Below are positions 48,701 through 62,300 of a DNA stretch of 64,000 nt, one piece after another. Under the pieces are notes generated by a model. The model searched no databases. It was not told the origin of the DNA and saw only the letters and a list, made by a program, of their open reading frames with translations. The stretch is from NCBI RefSeq assembly GCF_036971445.1, contig NC_091472.1, forward strand, positions 240,002,001-240,066,000. The letters are read 5' to 3'. Every line of letters begins with the position of its first letter. The stretch's first letter is position 1. Origin of the DNA: Narcine bancroftii. Its lineage: Eukaryota. A program made the position numbers and the translations under genes.

Positions 48701-51700
48701 GCAGGATTTGGTGATACCCGCACACCAGGTCAACCTTGGAGAAAACCTTTGCACCATGCAGGTTGGTTGTAAAGAGTCCTGGATTTGAGGGATGGGGTAA
48801 TGGTCAGGAACTGTCACCTCGTTGAGCTGTCAATAGTCTCTGGAGGGTCACCAGCCGCCAGAGGCTTTTGAGACCAGGTGGAGCAGCGAGGCCCACGGGC
48901 TGTCGGACCACCGAATGATCCCCAGCTCCAACAGATGCGAAAACTCCTCCTTCGCCACCTGGAGCTTGTCAGGCGGGAGCCAGCGTGCCTTGGTGTGAAC
49001 CAGTGGGCCGTGGGTGGGGATGTGGTGGAACACCCGTGTCGTGGTGAGGCATGAGAGAAACTCAACCAGGATTTGCTGGAATTCGTCTCTGAGCATGCTG
49101 ATCATGGCCATCTGTGGCTGTTCTGTGTGGGAGGCGTCGAGGCCTGGAAAGTACAGGCATCCACCAGGTTCCTACCCCGAATGTCCACCAGAAGCCCGTG
49201 GGCGAGGAGGAAGTCGGCATCCAGGATGGCGGTTGGAAGGGACGAGACAGTGAACTTACACGAGAACGTTTGTCGGCCGATCTGGAAGTGGACTGTCTTG
49301 TTTCTATACGTCCGGATGCACAGAGAGGAGGTCCTAGAGGTCGGTTCCTGGACTCGATGGCCATGGCAGGGATGACGCTGACTTTGGCCCCAGTGTCGAC
49401 AAGGAACTGCTGGCCGCTGAATGAGTACTGCAGGTAGAGGAGGCTGTGTCCTTGGCCAGCCACCGCAGCCATTAACAGCAGCAGGCCTGCTCGTTTCACT
49501 GGAACGAGCAGGGCTGATGACGCCTCCGAGCCTTGGCTCCCCAGCACTGGTGGTAGAAGCAGAGGCCTGGAGCGGATGCCGTGCCCTTAGTTGTGCTCTT
49601 GGTGGCTCCTGCAGGGGCTGGATGCTCTACCGCAGCGCTAGGGGGGGCTTGACGTGGTCGTGCCCATTCCTCATGACCTGCTGGACCACTGAGCCCTCCG
49701 GGAATCGCTCAAGCCATAGCTCTTGGACCTTCTGAGTGACCTTCCTCGGGTTGGTAAAGCTCTCTTGGGCCAGTAACGACCAGATGTCCTCGGGCAGATC
49801 ATCAAGGAAAATGTGCTCGAAGAGTGGGCAATTGGTGTGATTACCCATGAGCACGAGCATCTCATCCATCAGCTCCATCGGGGACCAGTCCCCCAGGGCG
49901 TCGAGGTGCAGCATCCGAGCTGCATACTGGCACCTGGATAGTCCGAGGGATCTGGTGAGCACTCGCTTGATGGTCTCGCATTTGTCTTCGATGGGTGGGT
50001 GCTGAACGAGGTGCAGCACGCGTTTGGTGGTGGCCTGGTCCAGGGCAGCGACCCCATGGTAGAATTTGATCGTGTCAGATGAAATCTGGCGGAGGTGAAA
50101 CTGAGCCTCCACGTGGCCAAACCTGGTCTCCGGCTCCTGAACCCAGAATTCAGGCAGCTTGACAGCTATAGCACTGATCCCAGGTTCGCTCATGATGTGT
50201 TCAAAGACGTTTGAGCCAGTTGGGGTCACCAATTGTAGTGGCAGCTACACTGCTACTGAAAGAACACACAACCAGATGGGTTGAGCTCAGTGAGCAGAAC
50301 TGATTCATTGCAGGCTGCTGGGCTGGACTTATACTCCCAGCCTGGACCTGGCTGAGAACCGCGTTGGGGGGGTGCTGATGTCACGTGGGGGTCACATGGT
50401 CCCCCACTGCGGGCTTCTGAGCCCTGTGCTGAGAAGGGGAAACCCCCGATGGCGCCATTTTGGCTGGCTGCCCCATCGCGTGGATTACAAGCGGAGCCGG
50501 TTCGCCTGCCTAGTGGTGTGCCGCCACAATGTCATGTAATCCAGCGCTTAACTAAAAAGTATCTAACAGGTGTAATTTGACACTAGGTGGATCATTTGAG
50601 GTGAAAAGCAATTCAAGTGTAGCTGGATAAACATGAAGGACAAAGGAATTTATTTTAACTTCAACAATACAGCATGGTAGAAGCCCCTTCTGACCTATGA
50701 AACACATGGTTCCCATTTACAACCAATTAACCAAGCAATCTCATACATTTTGAGGTTGAGAGGAAACCAGAGCACCTGGAGAAAACCTAACGCAGACAAC
50801 ATACGAACTTCTTACAGATGGTATCACATTCAAACCCAGGTAACTGACATTTTAATAGCATTGCACTAATTGCTACACTATCCATGGAAGGTTAAACGAG
50901 GACAGTTGGATAAAGAGGCATGAAGAAGTTTTGGCTGAGTGTAACATGAATCAAATTGCTTACTTTCATGCTGCAGAAGATACATTGTTCCATGTAATTT
51001 TACAACATAGATATTAATAGAAATTCATCACATATGCATTGCATTATCTTTCATGAAACCAATTCTTGGATTGGGAGTTCAATACATTTTGCTGTTGAAT
51101 ATCAAGTTAACCACTAACAAGTAGCTTGAATACTCTTTGAACTGAAGCATATCCATCCTATCTTCTACTTTGGATATAAAGTACCATCATGAACGATCCT
51201 GGATTAGAAATTATTCAGATACAAATCAAGAATGAAGTTTTGCTTTCTTTCGTTAGCTGACAAAATCTGGCATTTAAATTGTAATTTCTTCTAAAAAGTT
51301 CGAATGAATGACTGGTTGAAGTAATTCATTCTGGGTATAGTTGTAATGACAATTTTATTCCTCAATTAATTCTGCAGTAACCCAGGGCAACAAAAGATCA
51401 TCTAAATTTCTATGAGCCAATTACATTCAATGTGATCATCACAAGTACTTACAGGGGAACAATTCAAAAGAAAATGTTGACACAAATAAAACCCTCAAAT
51501 CTTGTCTGGTCCAGGAACAGATGTATTGACAACGTCCCATGGAGGGAGCTCTGATAACATACATGTCCACCAAAATAAGTATAAAACTTTAAGATGAAGG
51601 TAAACATAATTGATATTTTGTAAATCCCGGCATGGTGAGAGTGCTTTCAAAAAAATTATTAAATAACTCCTCCCAATGGCAGCCCTTATTTATTTCATAG

Positions 51701-54264
51701 CATTAGTTAAAGGCACCGGTGACCTCATCATTGCTAGTTATCCGTGACTAACTCCCCTATGCCATTATGGACTCTCACTGCGACATTGGTTTATCTTAAG
51801 TGCCCAATTTGTAGGATTACAAATACAAAATATTTTGCATTTTTACATTTTTTCCATCTTTTATGGTTAGTGATAATTAATGTCATCACTCAGAAGGGAA
51901 GCAATTGATTTCTGAAGTTTATTTAATTAAAACCGTCCACTTTAATTCTCATCCCTCACCCTAACTCATAGCATTTGATGCTTTTTCTTTTCCAGGACTC
52001 TTCTAATGCATACATTCACTGCAAAGGATTCTGTCTTCTTTATATGGAAGTAAAAGATCTGTTCAACATATCCCCAATTTTTTCCTAAAGCGATTAAACA
52101 TTGGCTATAATTTTGAAGTCACTGAATATTGATTTTACACTTCATTAATTTGCCTCAGGTTTTCTAATGGCTAATGGGAATAGGAACTTGCCTTTCATAT
52201 TTCCTCCTGATATCTTTTTATTTCTGGAACTTGATATTGCTATACACACAAGAAATTATTTGACCTACTCAAAATTGGTGACTGAGAGTGACAGCATCTA
52301 ATGTGCCGACAGTTATTCCAATTGACTTTTCCATTGAAGCCAATAAATGGTGGGAGGAAAGTAAAATAAGCAACTTACCAGACTTGCAACTTACCAGACT
52401 TGAGTAACTTTACCATTACTTGAAGCAAATGCACCTAAATTTGATTATTTTAGTCTCATTAGCATTTGAGTCATAGGATATCTTTAGCACTTATCTTTCA
52501 CAGCATTTTAACAGCATATTTTGGGATCTCGATGACAAATATGATATGTTAATAAGTTTATTGTCATACACTTTGTTCAATCCACTTTGTTTAAAAAAGC
52601 TATGAAAAGATACATTAAATTAAATTAAAATAGATAGTCAATATAAAAGATAGATAATAAATAATCACAGTCACGATAGGGAAGAAAAAGGTGGCATTAG
52701 AATAGTGTAGTTAGTCCTTTTTGGAGTGTTGGGGTAGTTTGATGATTAGCTGTAGCAAGGAGAGTTTCAAGAACCTGGAACCCATTGGAAAATAACTGAT
52801 CTTGAACCGAGAAGTGCTGGCCTTCAGGCTTCTGTACTTTCTGCCTGAAGGTCCTTTATGATGCTGGATGCCTTCTTGAGTCAGCGCCTCACAGTTACCC
52901 TTAGTGAATTGGTGGTCGGAGCCTGTGATGGATCTGGCTATGTTTGCTTTGTTCTGTAGCCTTTATGTTCCTGGGCATTCACATTATCAAACAATGCTGT
53001 GATGCAACCAGTCAGTACACCTTTCGAAGTTTGATATAATATTCAACAACATGCCAGATTTCCTCAGACATTGTAGAAAGTTGAGGCATTGGTGTACAAA
53101 GCAATGGAAATGGACAAGTATCTCATTAGTAAGGGTATCAAGGGATATGGGGAAAAGGCTGGAAATTGGAACTAGGTGTGAGCATAATTCAGCTTAGTGA
53201 AGAGTCACAGAACAGACTCGATGGGCCTAGTGGCCTGCTTCTGCTCCTTTAATTGGTGATCTTCTTCACAGTTTTACAAGAGTATCCAATCATCTATCAA
53301 AACAGACTTTCGATTCCAACATTCACATTAATTAGCGTTAAGATTTCAATAACACCAAATTCACTTGAATGCATCTCATCAAAATAATCACATGACATTA
53401 ATTGTATCTGACAAATTGCAGTTTCTATCTGTGGAATCAATATGACAGATTTGGAATTCCATATGAACCAATTTGGGGCTGCACGGCTGGCATAGTGGTT
53501 AGTGTAATGCCTTGACAGCGCCAGTGATCGGGACACGACATGGGTTAGAATTCCCGTGCTATCTGTAAGGAATTTGTATGTTCTCCCTGTGTCTACATGA
53601 ATTTTCTCCAGTGGGTCTGATTTCCTGTCACCATTCAAAAACATACCAGGGTGTGGGTTAATGGGTTGTAGGTTAATGGGGTGCAATTTGGGCAGCTCGG
53701 ATTTGTAGGGCCAAATTGGCCTGTTACAATGCTGTACGTCTAATTTAATTTTTAAAAATTACAGTAAAAAAAACAACCTATTTTGGCACCTATAAGGATT
53801 GGAAGATGACAGATAAGTGAATTTGCTGGTTGGTTGAGATTGTATGTTGTATGCATTGGCAAACTAACCGCAAGGTGCATCTATTTTAAACTTCAGTCAT
53901 TTTTACCTATTTATTTTCCACAATATTTTTGTCATTTGTTTGAGGGATTTTACTGAATTAACCATTTTTTTGTATTTGAACATCACAGGCTACTGATGGC
54001 ATGTACAAAATTAGAATCTACGAAAAGCCAGATTTTGGTGGACAGATGATGGAATTCACCGAAGATTGCTCTACCATTCACGATCGTTTTCCATACCATG
54101 AAGTCCAATCATGCCAAGTGCTGGATGGCTCCTGGGTTTTCTATGAGCATCCTAACTTCAGGGGGAGACAGTACCTGCTGGAACGAGGAGAGTACAAGCG
54201 CTTTACTGACTGGGGTGCGAGCTTCCCTATTGTGGGATCCTGTCGTCGTATCACAGAGTTCTAG
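45715..54264 (+). CDS. Gamma-crystallin gene 4 (divergent, gamma-S-like), join(45715..45723,45822..46064,53989..54264), 175 aa
   Basis: [175 protein letters not shown]; GT-AG introns; AATAAA at 54300-54305. Confidence 0.9.
45822..46064 (+). CDS. Gamma-crystallin gene 4 exon 2
   Basis: ttatag|ATAATC...CGCCAT|gtaagt; 243 nt open frame, not listed in the supplied ORF track. Confidence 0.93.
46423..50528 (-). mobile_element. Ty3/Gypsy LTR retrotransposon, two LTRs, degraded gag-pol
   Basis: LTRs 50234-50528 and 46423-46722 (TG..CA); 4-bp TSD ATGT; PBS TGGTGACCCC (tRNA-Trp-like) next to the 5' LTR. Domains in order: gag (VKLPEFW, 49627-50232), protease FLVDTGA, RT YLDD, RNase H ([20 protein letters not shown]), integrase ([19 protein letters not shown]), GPY motif. 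Many frameshifts. Confidence 0.95.
53477..53760 (+). mobile_element. tRNA-derived SINE
   Basis: ggcatagtggttagtgtaatgcc..cagcgccagtgatc..ggttagaattcc..ctgtaaggaatttgtatgttctccc; same family as 6787-7032. Confidence 0.65.
53989..54264 (+). CDS. Gamma-crystallin gene 4 exon 3
   Basis: tcacag|GCTACT...TTCTAG; 276 nt. Confidence 0.93.
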   Translation, partial: ATDGMYKIRIYEKPDFGGQMMEFTEDCSTIHDRFPYHEVQSCQVLDGSWVFYEHPNFRGRQYLLERGEYKRFTDWGASFPIVGSCRRITEF

Positions 54265-56157
54265 GAGACTTTTGCTCCGAGGATTGCCATTTAAAGTCAA
54301 ATAAAGTTTGAGAAGCAACGTGCTTGAGCTCTGCATTCTTTATTCACAGCATACCCAAACTATGGTATAATTTGCAAGGAGGAATGTTAGTGTACAAAAT
54401 TTAACTCACTTATCTTTTGAAATCATGTTTTGGAAAAAAAATAAACAAAATGCTACACTTTACAACTAATCAGCAAAACAATCTCAGTAAAAGGTCCTGA
54501 CCTAAAACATTGACTGACCATTTCTCTGTGGATGCTACCTGACCCATTGAGTTCCTCCACTTCTCAATGTTTTAGCAAGAAAGAGTAATTGACGAAGAAC
54601 TTATTCAAATCTGTAAAAACTAAACTTTATATATGCACAAATAATTAAATGCACCAATGAATGAAAAATTATCAACTAAAATAAAGCAAATAAATTAGAT
54701 TTTAGTTTTAAGCACAAAAAAAATATATAATTTTAGTTCAGGATTCCAAATATATCCTTCATGCTGTGATTGTGACATTCATTGAATTCCTATGAATAGC
54801 TAAAGACAACCATTCATTTTCTTATCACAATCTTGATACACCTCCAAGCATGATCACTTAGATTATAGGTCTGAATAAGTTCTGCCACGTTGCACTATGA
54901 AAAGAAACCTATCTGCCGTTATTATTTTGGAACGTTACTTTTTCTGGAGAAATAAAAGGAGAAATTGGTAGAATTGTCTGCTTGATGAGGAAGGAGCTGT
55001 GGGGAGAGAGAAAGGGTTAGTTTATCAGTTAAAATAGGGCGTTTCTGTCTGGACTGATGAAGAATGAGGGACAACTTACAAGAGGTTTATAAGATTATGA
55101 GGGGCTTCGATAGGAATGGACAGCTGGCAGCTTTTTCCCAGGACACAATAGCAAATACCAGAGGACTTTTATTTTTTCCCCAATTAATTGTACTATTTTT
55201 GCTTCCTTTGTTCTTTTTTTGCTACAAATTCACCAATGTAAGGTCATATTGCCCCGTATTGACTGGCTGTTACTTTTCATCATGGCCTTTAGAATAACCT
55301 AATTATTCACTGACACTTTGGTTCCAGTCGGATACCTCACTCCTAATCCTTTCCATGTCACAGAGAAATCGCAACAAATGGTTTAAAGAAAACATGCACT
55401 TGTATTCATAAAACAGAACACAGCAAGTTCTACAAAGAGGAATTAAGCTTTCAGGATCAGCTAGGACACCAACAATAAATCCCTAATAATATCTTACCAC
55501 GAATGTCCTGTGGAAATGACAGACCTCAATGTTATAGAGTTGTAGAGCCATACAGTGTGGAAATAGGCTTTTTGTCCAACTTCCCCATGCTGACCAAAAA
55601 GCCCCACCCACACTTGTCTCACCTGCTTGCATTTGGCCCACATCCCTTGAACCTTATTCTGTCCATGTATTAGTCCAAATTTTTCTTGAAAATTGCAACA
55701 GTACCTGTCTCAACCACCTCCTCCGGCAGCCCGTTCCATACCTCCACTACCCTCTGTTATCTAAAATCACTCCTTTGACAGAGCTCAGTTTTGTATTCAC
55801 ATCCACGATGGAGTCATTGAGTCATACATTGTGGAAACAGGGCATCTGGCTCAGCTCATCCAAGTTCAAGTTTATTATCATCTGACTGTATATGTGCAAT
55901 CAGATAGAACAACATTCCTGCAGACCACAGTGCACACACATAATACAAAATAATCACATCTATAGAGGAAGATAGAATATATAATAAATATATAAAAATA
56001 CTTGGAACAATTTCTCAGTAAGTCAAGTCAAGTTAATTGACGTCTGATTGCACAAGTACAACCTGATGAAACAGTGTTGTCCAGTCCTCAGTGCATACAA
56101 CCAGACATAACTCAGATAGACAAGCAATATATATGCAGGACAAGTATTCATCTACAC

Positions 56158-56508
56158 CAGTGGTTTACAAACATTTTCTTTCCACTCACATACCACTTTT
56201 CGTAATCCCTATGCCATAGGTGCTCTGTGGTACGTGAGTGGAAAGAAAAAGTTTGAAAACCACTGTTTTAATTGTACCTAATTGACTCACTATGTGCACA
56301 GTTTCATAACTCCAAAGGAAATGGGCCAGTGACAATTTTTCTCAAGCAAAATATTTCAGTTACAATTGGGTCTAGAGCAGTGGTTCTCAACCCTTCCCCC
56401 CACCCCCCCCCCCCCCCCCCCCACCCACAACCACCTTAAGCAATTCCTTACTAATCACAGAGCACCTATGACACAAGGATTACTAAAGTGGTATGTGAGT
56501 GGAAAGAA
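56158..56508. mobile_element. Second copy of the composite hAT MITE (right end truncated)
   Basis: Same MITE-spacer-MITE order and same spacer sequence as 11824-12198. Confidence 0.8.
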
Positions 56509-56952
56509 TTGTTTCATGAACATGAGAGTCTCGGATGGTTAGTGTGAGCAGTTTCTTTTGGCCGTTCAGCATTCCACTGGTCATGGGAAGAAGCTGCTGC
56601 TCAGCCTGGTGGTGCTGGCTCTGATACTCTGTTTCTCTTCTCTGATGGGAGCAGCTGAAAGATGCTGTGTGCATGGTGGAAGGGGTCCTCAATGATTTTG
56701 TGTGCCCTCTTCAGACAACAATCCTGGTAGATCTTGTCGATGGGGGGTGGGGTGGGGGATGCCTTATGGATTGACCTCTGATTCATTTCTCTGCAGCAAC
56801 TGTGCCACGCTATGATGCAGCCAGGCAAGACTCTTGATAAAACTTCTATAAAAGGTTGACATAATGGTAGCCCATAGCCTTGCCTGCTTCAGTCTTTTTG
56901 GGAAGTGTGGTCTTTGTTACGCTTTCCTGACAGAAGATGTTGAGTGTTCATG

Positions 56953-59388
56953 ATAACATAAAAATTACAGCACGGAAACAGGCCATTAGGCCCTTCTAGT
57001 CCGCACCGAACCAAACACCCCTTTCTAGTCCCACCTCCCTGCACAATGCCCATAACCCTCCATCTTCTTCTCATCCATATGCCTGTCCAACCTTTTCTTA
57101 AATAATGCAATTGACTCCGCCGCCACTATTTCTCCTGGAAGCTCATTCCACACGGCTACCACTCTCTGAGTAAAGAAGTTCCCCCTCATGTTACCTCTAA
57201 ACCTCTGCGCCTTAATTCTTAACTCATGTCCTCTTGTTTTAGTCTTTCCTCCTCTTAACGGAAATAGTCTATCCACATCCACTCTGTCTATCCCTTTCAT
57301 AATCTTAAATAATTCTATCAAATCCCCTCTCAACCTTCTACGCTCCAAAGAATAAAGACCTAATCTGTCCAATCTCTCCCTATACTCTAGATGCTTAAAC
57401 CCAGGTAACATTCTGGTAAACCTTCTCTGCACTCTCTCCACTCTGTTTATATCCTTCCTATAATTAGGCGACCAGAACTGCACACAGAACTCCAAATTAG
57501 GCTGCACCAACGTCTTATACAATCTCAACATCACCTCCCAACTCCTATATTCCATGCAATGATTGATAAAGGCCAGCATACTAAAAGCCTTCTTCACCAC
57601 CCTATTCACGTGAGTTTCTACCTTCAGGGAACGATGTACCGTTACTCCTAAATCTTTCTGCTCTTCTGTATTCATCAATGCTCTCCCATTTACCACGTAT
57701 GTCCTATTCTGATTCTTCTTACCAAAATGAAGCACCTCACACTTATCAGCATTAAATTCCATCTGCCATTTTTCAGCCCTCTTTTCTAAGCAGCCCAAAT
57801 CCCTCTGCAATCCTTAAAAACCTTCTTCATTATCCACTATTCCACCTATCTTAGTATCGTCTGCATATTTACTAATCCAATTGACCACCCCATCATCTAG
57901 ATCATTAATGTATATAACGAACAACAATGGGCCCAATACAGATCCTTGAGGCACACCACTGGTCACCGGCCTCCAACCTGACAGACAATTATCCGCTACC
58001 ACTCTCTGGCCTCTCCCTTTCAGCCAATGTTCAATCCATTTGACAATCTCAAAATTTATACCTAAAGACTGCACCTTCCTAACTAACCTTCCATGTGGTA
58101 CCTTATCGAAGGCCTTACTGAAGTCCATATAGACAACATCCACTGCGCTACCCTCATCCACATTCCTAGTCACCTCTTCAAAAAATTCAATCAGATTGGT
58201 CAAACATGACCTTCCTCCCACAAATCCATGCTGAGTGCTCCTGATCAGACCCTGTCTATCCAGATGTTTATAAGTACTATTTCTAAGAATTTTCTTCATT
58301 AATTTACCTACCACAGACGTCAAACTTACAGGCCGATAGTTGCCAGGCTTCCTCCTTGAACCCTTTTTAAATAACGGAACCACATGCGCAATGCGCCAAT
58401 CCTCCGGCACTATCCCCATATCTAATGACATTTGGAAAATTACAACCAGAGCCTCTGCTATTTCCTCCTTCACTTCTCTCAATGTCCTTGGGAAGATCCC
58501 GTCTGGTCCTGGAGACTTATCCACCTTTATATTCTTCAAAAGCCCTAAAACTACACCTTTTGTAATCTCTATATTCCCCATATTTACCCAATTTGCTTTT
58601 TTTTATCTCACATCTCCCAATATCCTTCTCCTTAGTGAATACCGAAGAAAAGAAACTGTTCAATATCTCCCCCATTTCTGTAGGCTCCACACACAGTTTT
58701 CCGCTCTGATTTTCTAAGGGACCAATTTTGTCTCTAGCTTTCCTTTTACCATTAACATATTTGTAGAACTCTTTTGGATTAGTTTTCACCCTGCTTGCCA
58801 TAATTTCCTCGTACCTTCTTTTAGCTTTCCTAATTCCTCTCTTAAGATTCCTCTTACATTCAATGTATCTTTCAAACATCTCCTTAACTCCATGCTTCTT
58901 ATATCTAATGTACGCCTCCCTTTTCCTTCGAACCAAGTTTCCAATATTCCTTGAAAACCACGGCTCTCTCAAACCTTTTGCCCCTCCTTTTAACCTAACA
59001 GGAACATAAAGCTTTTGCACTCTCAAAATCTGATCTTTAAAAGACTTCCATCTCTCTACTACATCCTGCCCATAAAACAAATTGTCCCAATGCACACCCT
59101 GCAAGTTCTTTCGCATCTCCTCAAATCTAGCTTTTCCCCAATCAAAAACCTCAACCCTTGGCCCTGACTTCTCTCTTTCCATAATGACATTGAAGCTGAT
59201 GGCATTATGATCACTGGACCTGAAGTGCTCGCCAACACTAACCTCCGTCACTTGACCCATCCCATTTGCCAACAGTAGATCTAACACTGCTCCTTCTCTG
59301 GTCGGCACCTCTACATATTGTTGTAAAAAACTATCTTGCACACATTTCCCATCCAGTCCTTTCACAGAATATGTTTCCCAATCTATTT
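56953..59388 (-). mobile_element. Relatively young CR1 LINE (ORF2, 5' truncated) nested in an older Rex/Babar-like LINE
   Basis: ORFs 58517-59365, 57814-58581 and 57025-57810 form an almost continuous ORF2 (SDH end of endonuclease, [31 protein letters not shown]) broken by a frameshift and one stop. Host LINE pieces at about 56020-56950 and 59390-60040 ([12 protein letters not shown]). Confidence 0.92.
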
Positions 59389-62300
59389 AACTTCACAAGT
59401 TAAGTGAATTTCGAGGAGTTTGGTGCTCTTCACTCTCTCAACTAAAGAGTTGTTAATGTGTAATGGAAGGTGGTCGTCCCTGGTCTTCCGGAAATCCACG
59501 ATCATGTCCTTTATCTTTCTTGTCCATGTTGAGATTCAGGTCGTTACTTTCACACCATTTCACCAGATTTTCCACCTCTTCTCTGTAGTGTGACTCATTG
59601 TTGTTGCTGATGAGGCCGACGACTGTTGTGTCATCTGCAAACTTGATGACACTTTTGGAGCTGGATCTGGTGATGTAGTTGTGGGTCAGTAGCATGAACA
59701 GGAGTGGGCTGAGCACACAGTCCTGAGATGTGCCAGTGCTCAGCGTGACAGTGCTCGACCTTCTGCTGCTGACCTGGACAGACTGTGGTCTTTCCATTAG
59801 GAAGTCCAGGATCCAGTTACAGAGAGGGCTGTTGAGTTCCAGCGAGGACAGCATCTGGAAATGATCGTATTAGATGGTGAGCTGAAGTCAATGAACAGCA
59901 TATGAGGCATTGTTCTCTAGGTGGGTCAGTCCAGAGTTAAGTGACAAGACTATAGCATCATCTGTGAAATGGTTTCTTCGATAGCTGAATTGAAATGGGT
60001 CCAGCTTCTCTGGGTGCTGTGCTTTGATGCCTTCCATCAACAGTTCAATTGGCTACAATAACCATTCAACAATCTCATGGCCAGCAGAATGAATCTATTT
60101 TCCAGCCTGATTTTAATCCTCCCGTATCTCCTTCTTGTTGGAAATGGGTCAAAGATCCTATGTATCCATACCAATAATAAAACACCACTTTTCACAGATC
60201 CACTTTATTCCCCAAACATTCCCATTCACTCAGAGTCTACCAGTCACCATCACACGAGGAGCAATTTACGATGGCCAGTTTAACCTACTACTGACAGGAC
60301 TTTGGGTTGAGGGAGGAAATCAGACCACCCATAAAAACCAGTGCAAACTCCATGTGGACTATGCTGGAGATCAAGATCAAACTGGTGTAGCTGTCGTGAG
60401 GCAACAGCTTCAGCATATGAGCCATTGAGCCTTCTCATTCAGAGACCAGAGGCATCAGTATGCAATGAAGTATAGAAAAAAAACATCTTTCCATACTGCA
60501 TTAAGTCAGTTTTCTTTTACCAGATTGGGCAATGAAAACTAAAGGCAAGGGAACTGTTTTGTTTATTCACTGAGAAACAGTCTCCTGAACTTGTTGCCTG
60601 GATCTGACTTTGCAGGCATATCACACACTATGGAAAACATAGTTAGAATTATTCATGGCACAGGGTTGTAAGCTTCATCCTGGATGATCAGCAGATACTT
60701 CAAATGCATTGTAGCAAGAAACTGAAGGTGCAGTCATGTTTCTAAAGCCTTGATGCTCAGTGTCTAGCTGTTGAAAGGTGAGCTGAAATCAAGATCACAA
60801 GCCCATGTATTACTTTATAGATATACTGTAAATTATAACACATACATGTTTTAACTATCAATTGTATCTTTCAACCAGTTACCTTACAGGTTGAAATATA
60901 TTTTCCATCATGCAGGTTTGGAAGCAATTAAGGAAAGGATGAAATGAATCCAAAAGTCATGGCCAGACCATGTCAAGATACTGTGTGTTATTTTAATCCA
61001 AGTCCCCTATCGGTTTCTCTGTTTTAATCCCAGCCTGCTTATCTTAGTTTGAATGCCTGCATACCTGCTCTGCCACAGGTGGAGGAAGGGTGCTTTGATG
61101 GTGCTGTTGACAGATAAGTTTGGGAGGTGCTCTGTTCTCGCTGCCATTTACAGTGGGCTACTGTGCACTTCCAATTCTTGGTCGCAATGCTCTCGGTGCC
61201 ATCCCAATGAGCCTTCTCTGCCCTGCATGTTTGTGGGCCAGGGATTCACAACAGTTGACAGGGATATAGCATTGAGAAGTGTCCATTTTCACTGTCCTCC
61301 TTTTACCACAAGAAAGATTGGAATAAAATGTTACATTCTGCAATCTGACATACAAGTGATGTGGCACATCCATTGAGGCTGGCTAAAGGAAGAAAGGCTG
61401 AATACTGGATAGGCTAGAAAGCAGTAACATTGCTAGTGCCATTTGGAGGAGCCTGATGTAGATAGATCATAGGTCAGAAGCATCCAGGAAGGCAGGGATC
61501 ACAGCTGTCGAGTGGAACATGAGACTTGGGCCAGATTTGAGGTTTCATCCTCATTCTTTTCCTCAGAGAGCCTGCTCTATTATGGGGCACTTTCATTTAC
61601 CATGTCAGCTTTACTGAGAGGTAGCACCAAAATTATGTTTGCCAGGATATTATCATGGAGCATTATTGCCAGAGGGTGAAGTTGTACATAGAGGGGCATT
61701 GGTTGAGGACTTCTGTTTTGCAGATGCTCACTGTAAAGTTTATTTCTCACACTGGTTCCATGAACAAGTTGACAAAGAGCTGGAGCTCAGTCTGTAAGCA
61801 TACACATGAAGTATTGGTGCCAATATAGGTTGAACAGTTTCTATATTAGATTTTTAGATGAGAACCATTCCAAGGGACAGTTTGTTGGAAGTGAGGGGCA
61901 GGGTTTTAGTGACCCAGATTGAGAGAAGTATTGGGTGAGTAAGCGACCTTGCTCAACCCAAATTTGCACTGAGATTAGTTTTATTTTGGATATTTTTCAC
62001 AGTCAGCTCTCACATATTCTAATATAGCAGATGTTAGTGAAAAATAAATGTTCCACAGTTCTTCTCACTGACAGTTGAAGCTTTTCATGGTCAAGAAAAG
62101 ATAATTTCCAGGACAATGCTTCTGTCTACCTTTCTCTTGGTTGTAGAGTCATAGAGTTGTACAGCACAGAAATTGGTCTTTCAGCCCTATTGTGACCATG
62201 CTGCCCCTTTCCCCCTTCTCCATTAATTTCATTTGCCATTTCATCTTGACATGTGGAAATGTGGAGAATAACACACTCATAGTGCCTCTAGGGTGGACAG

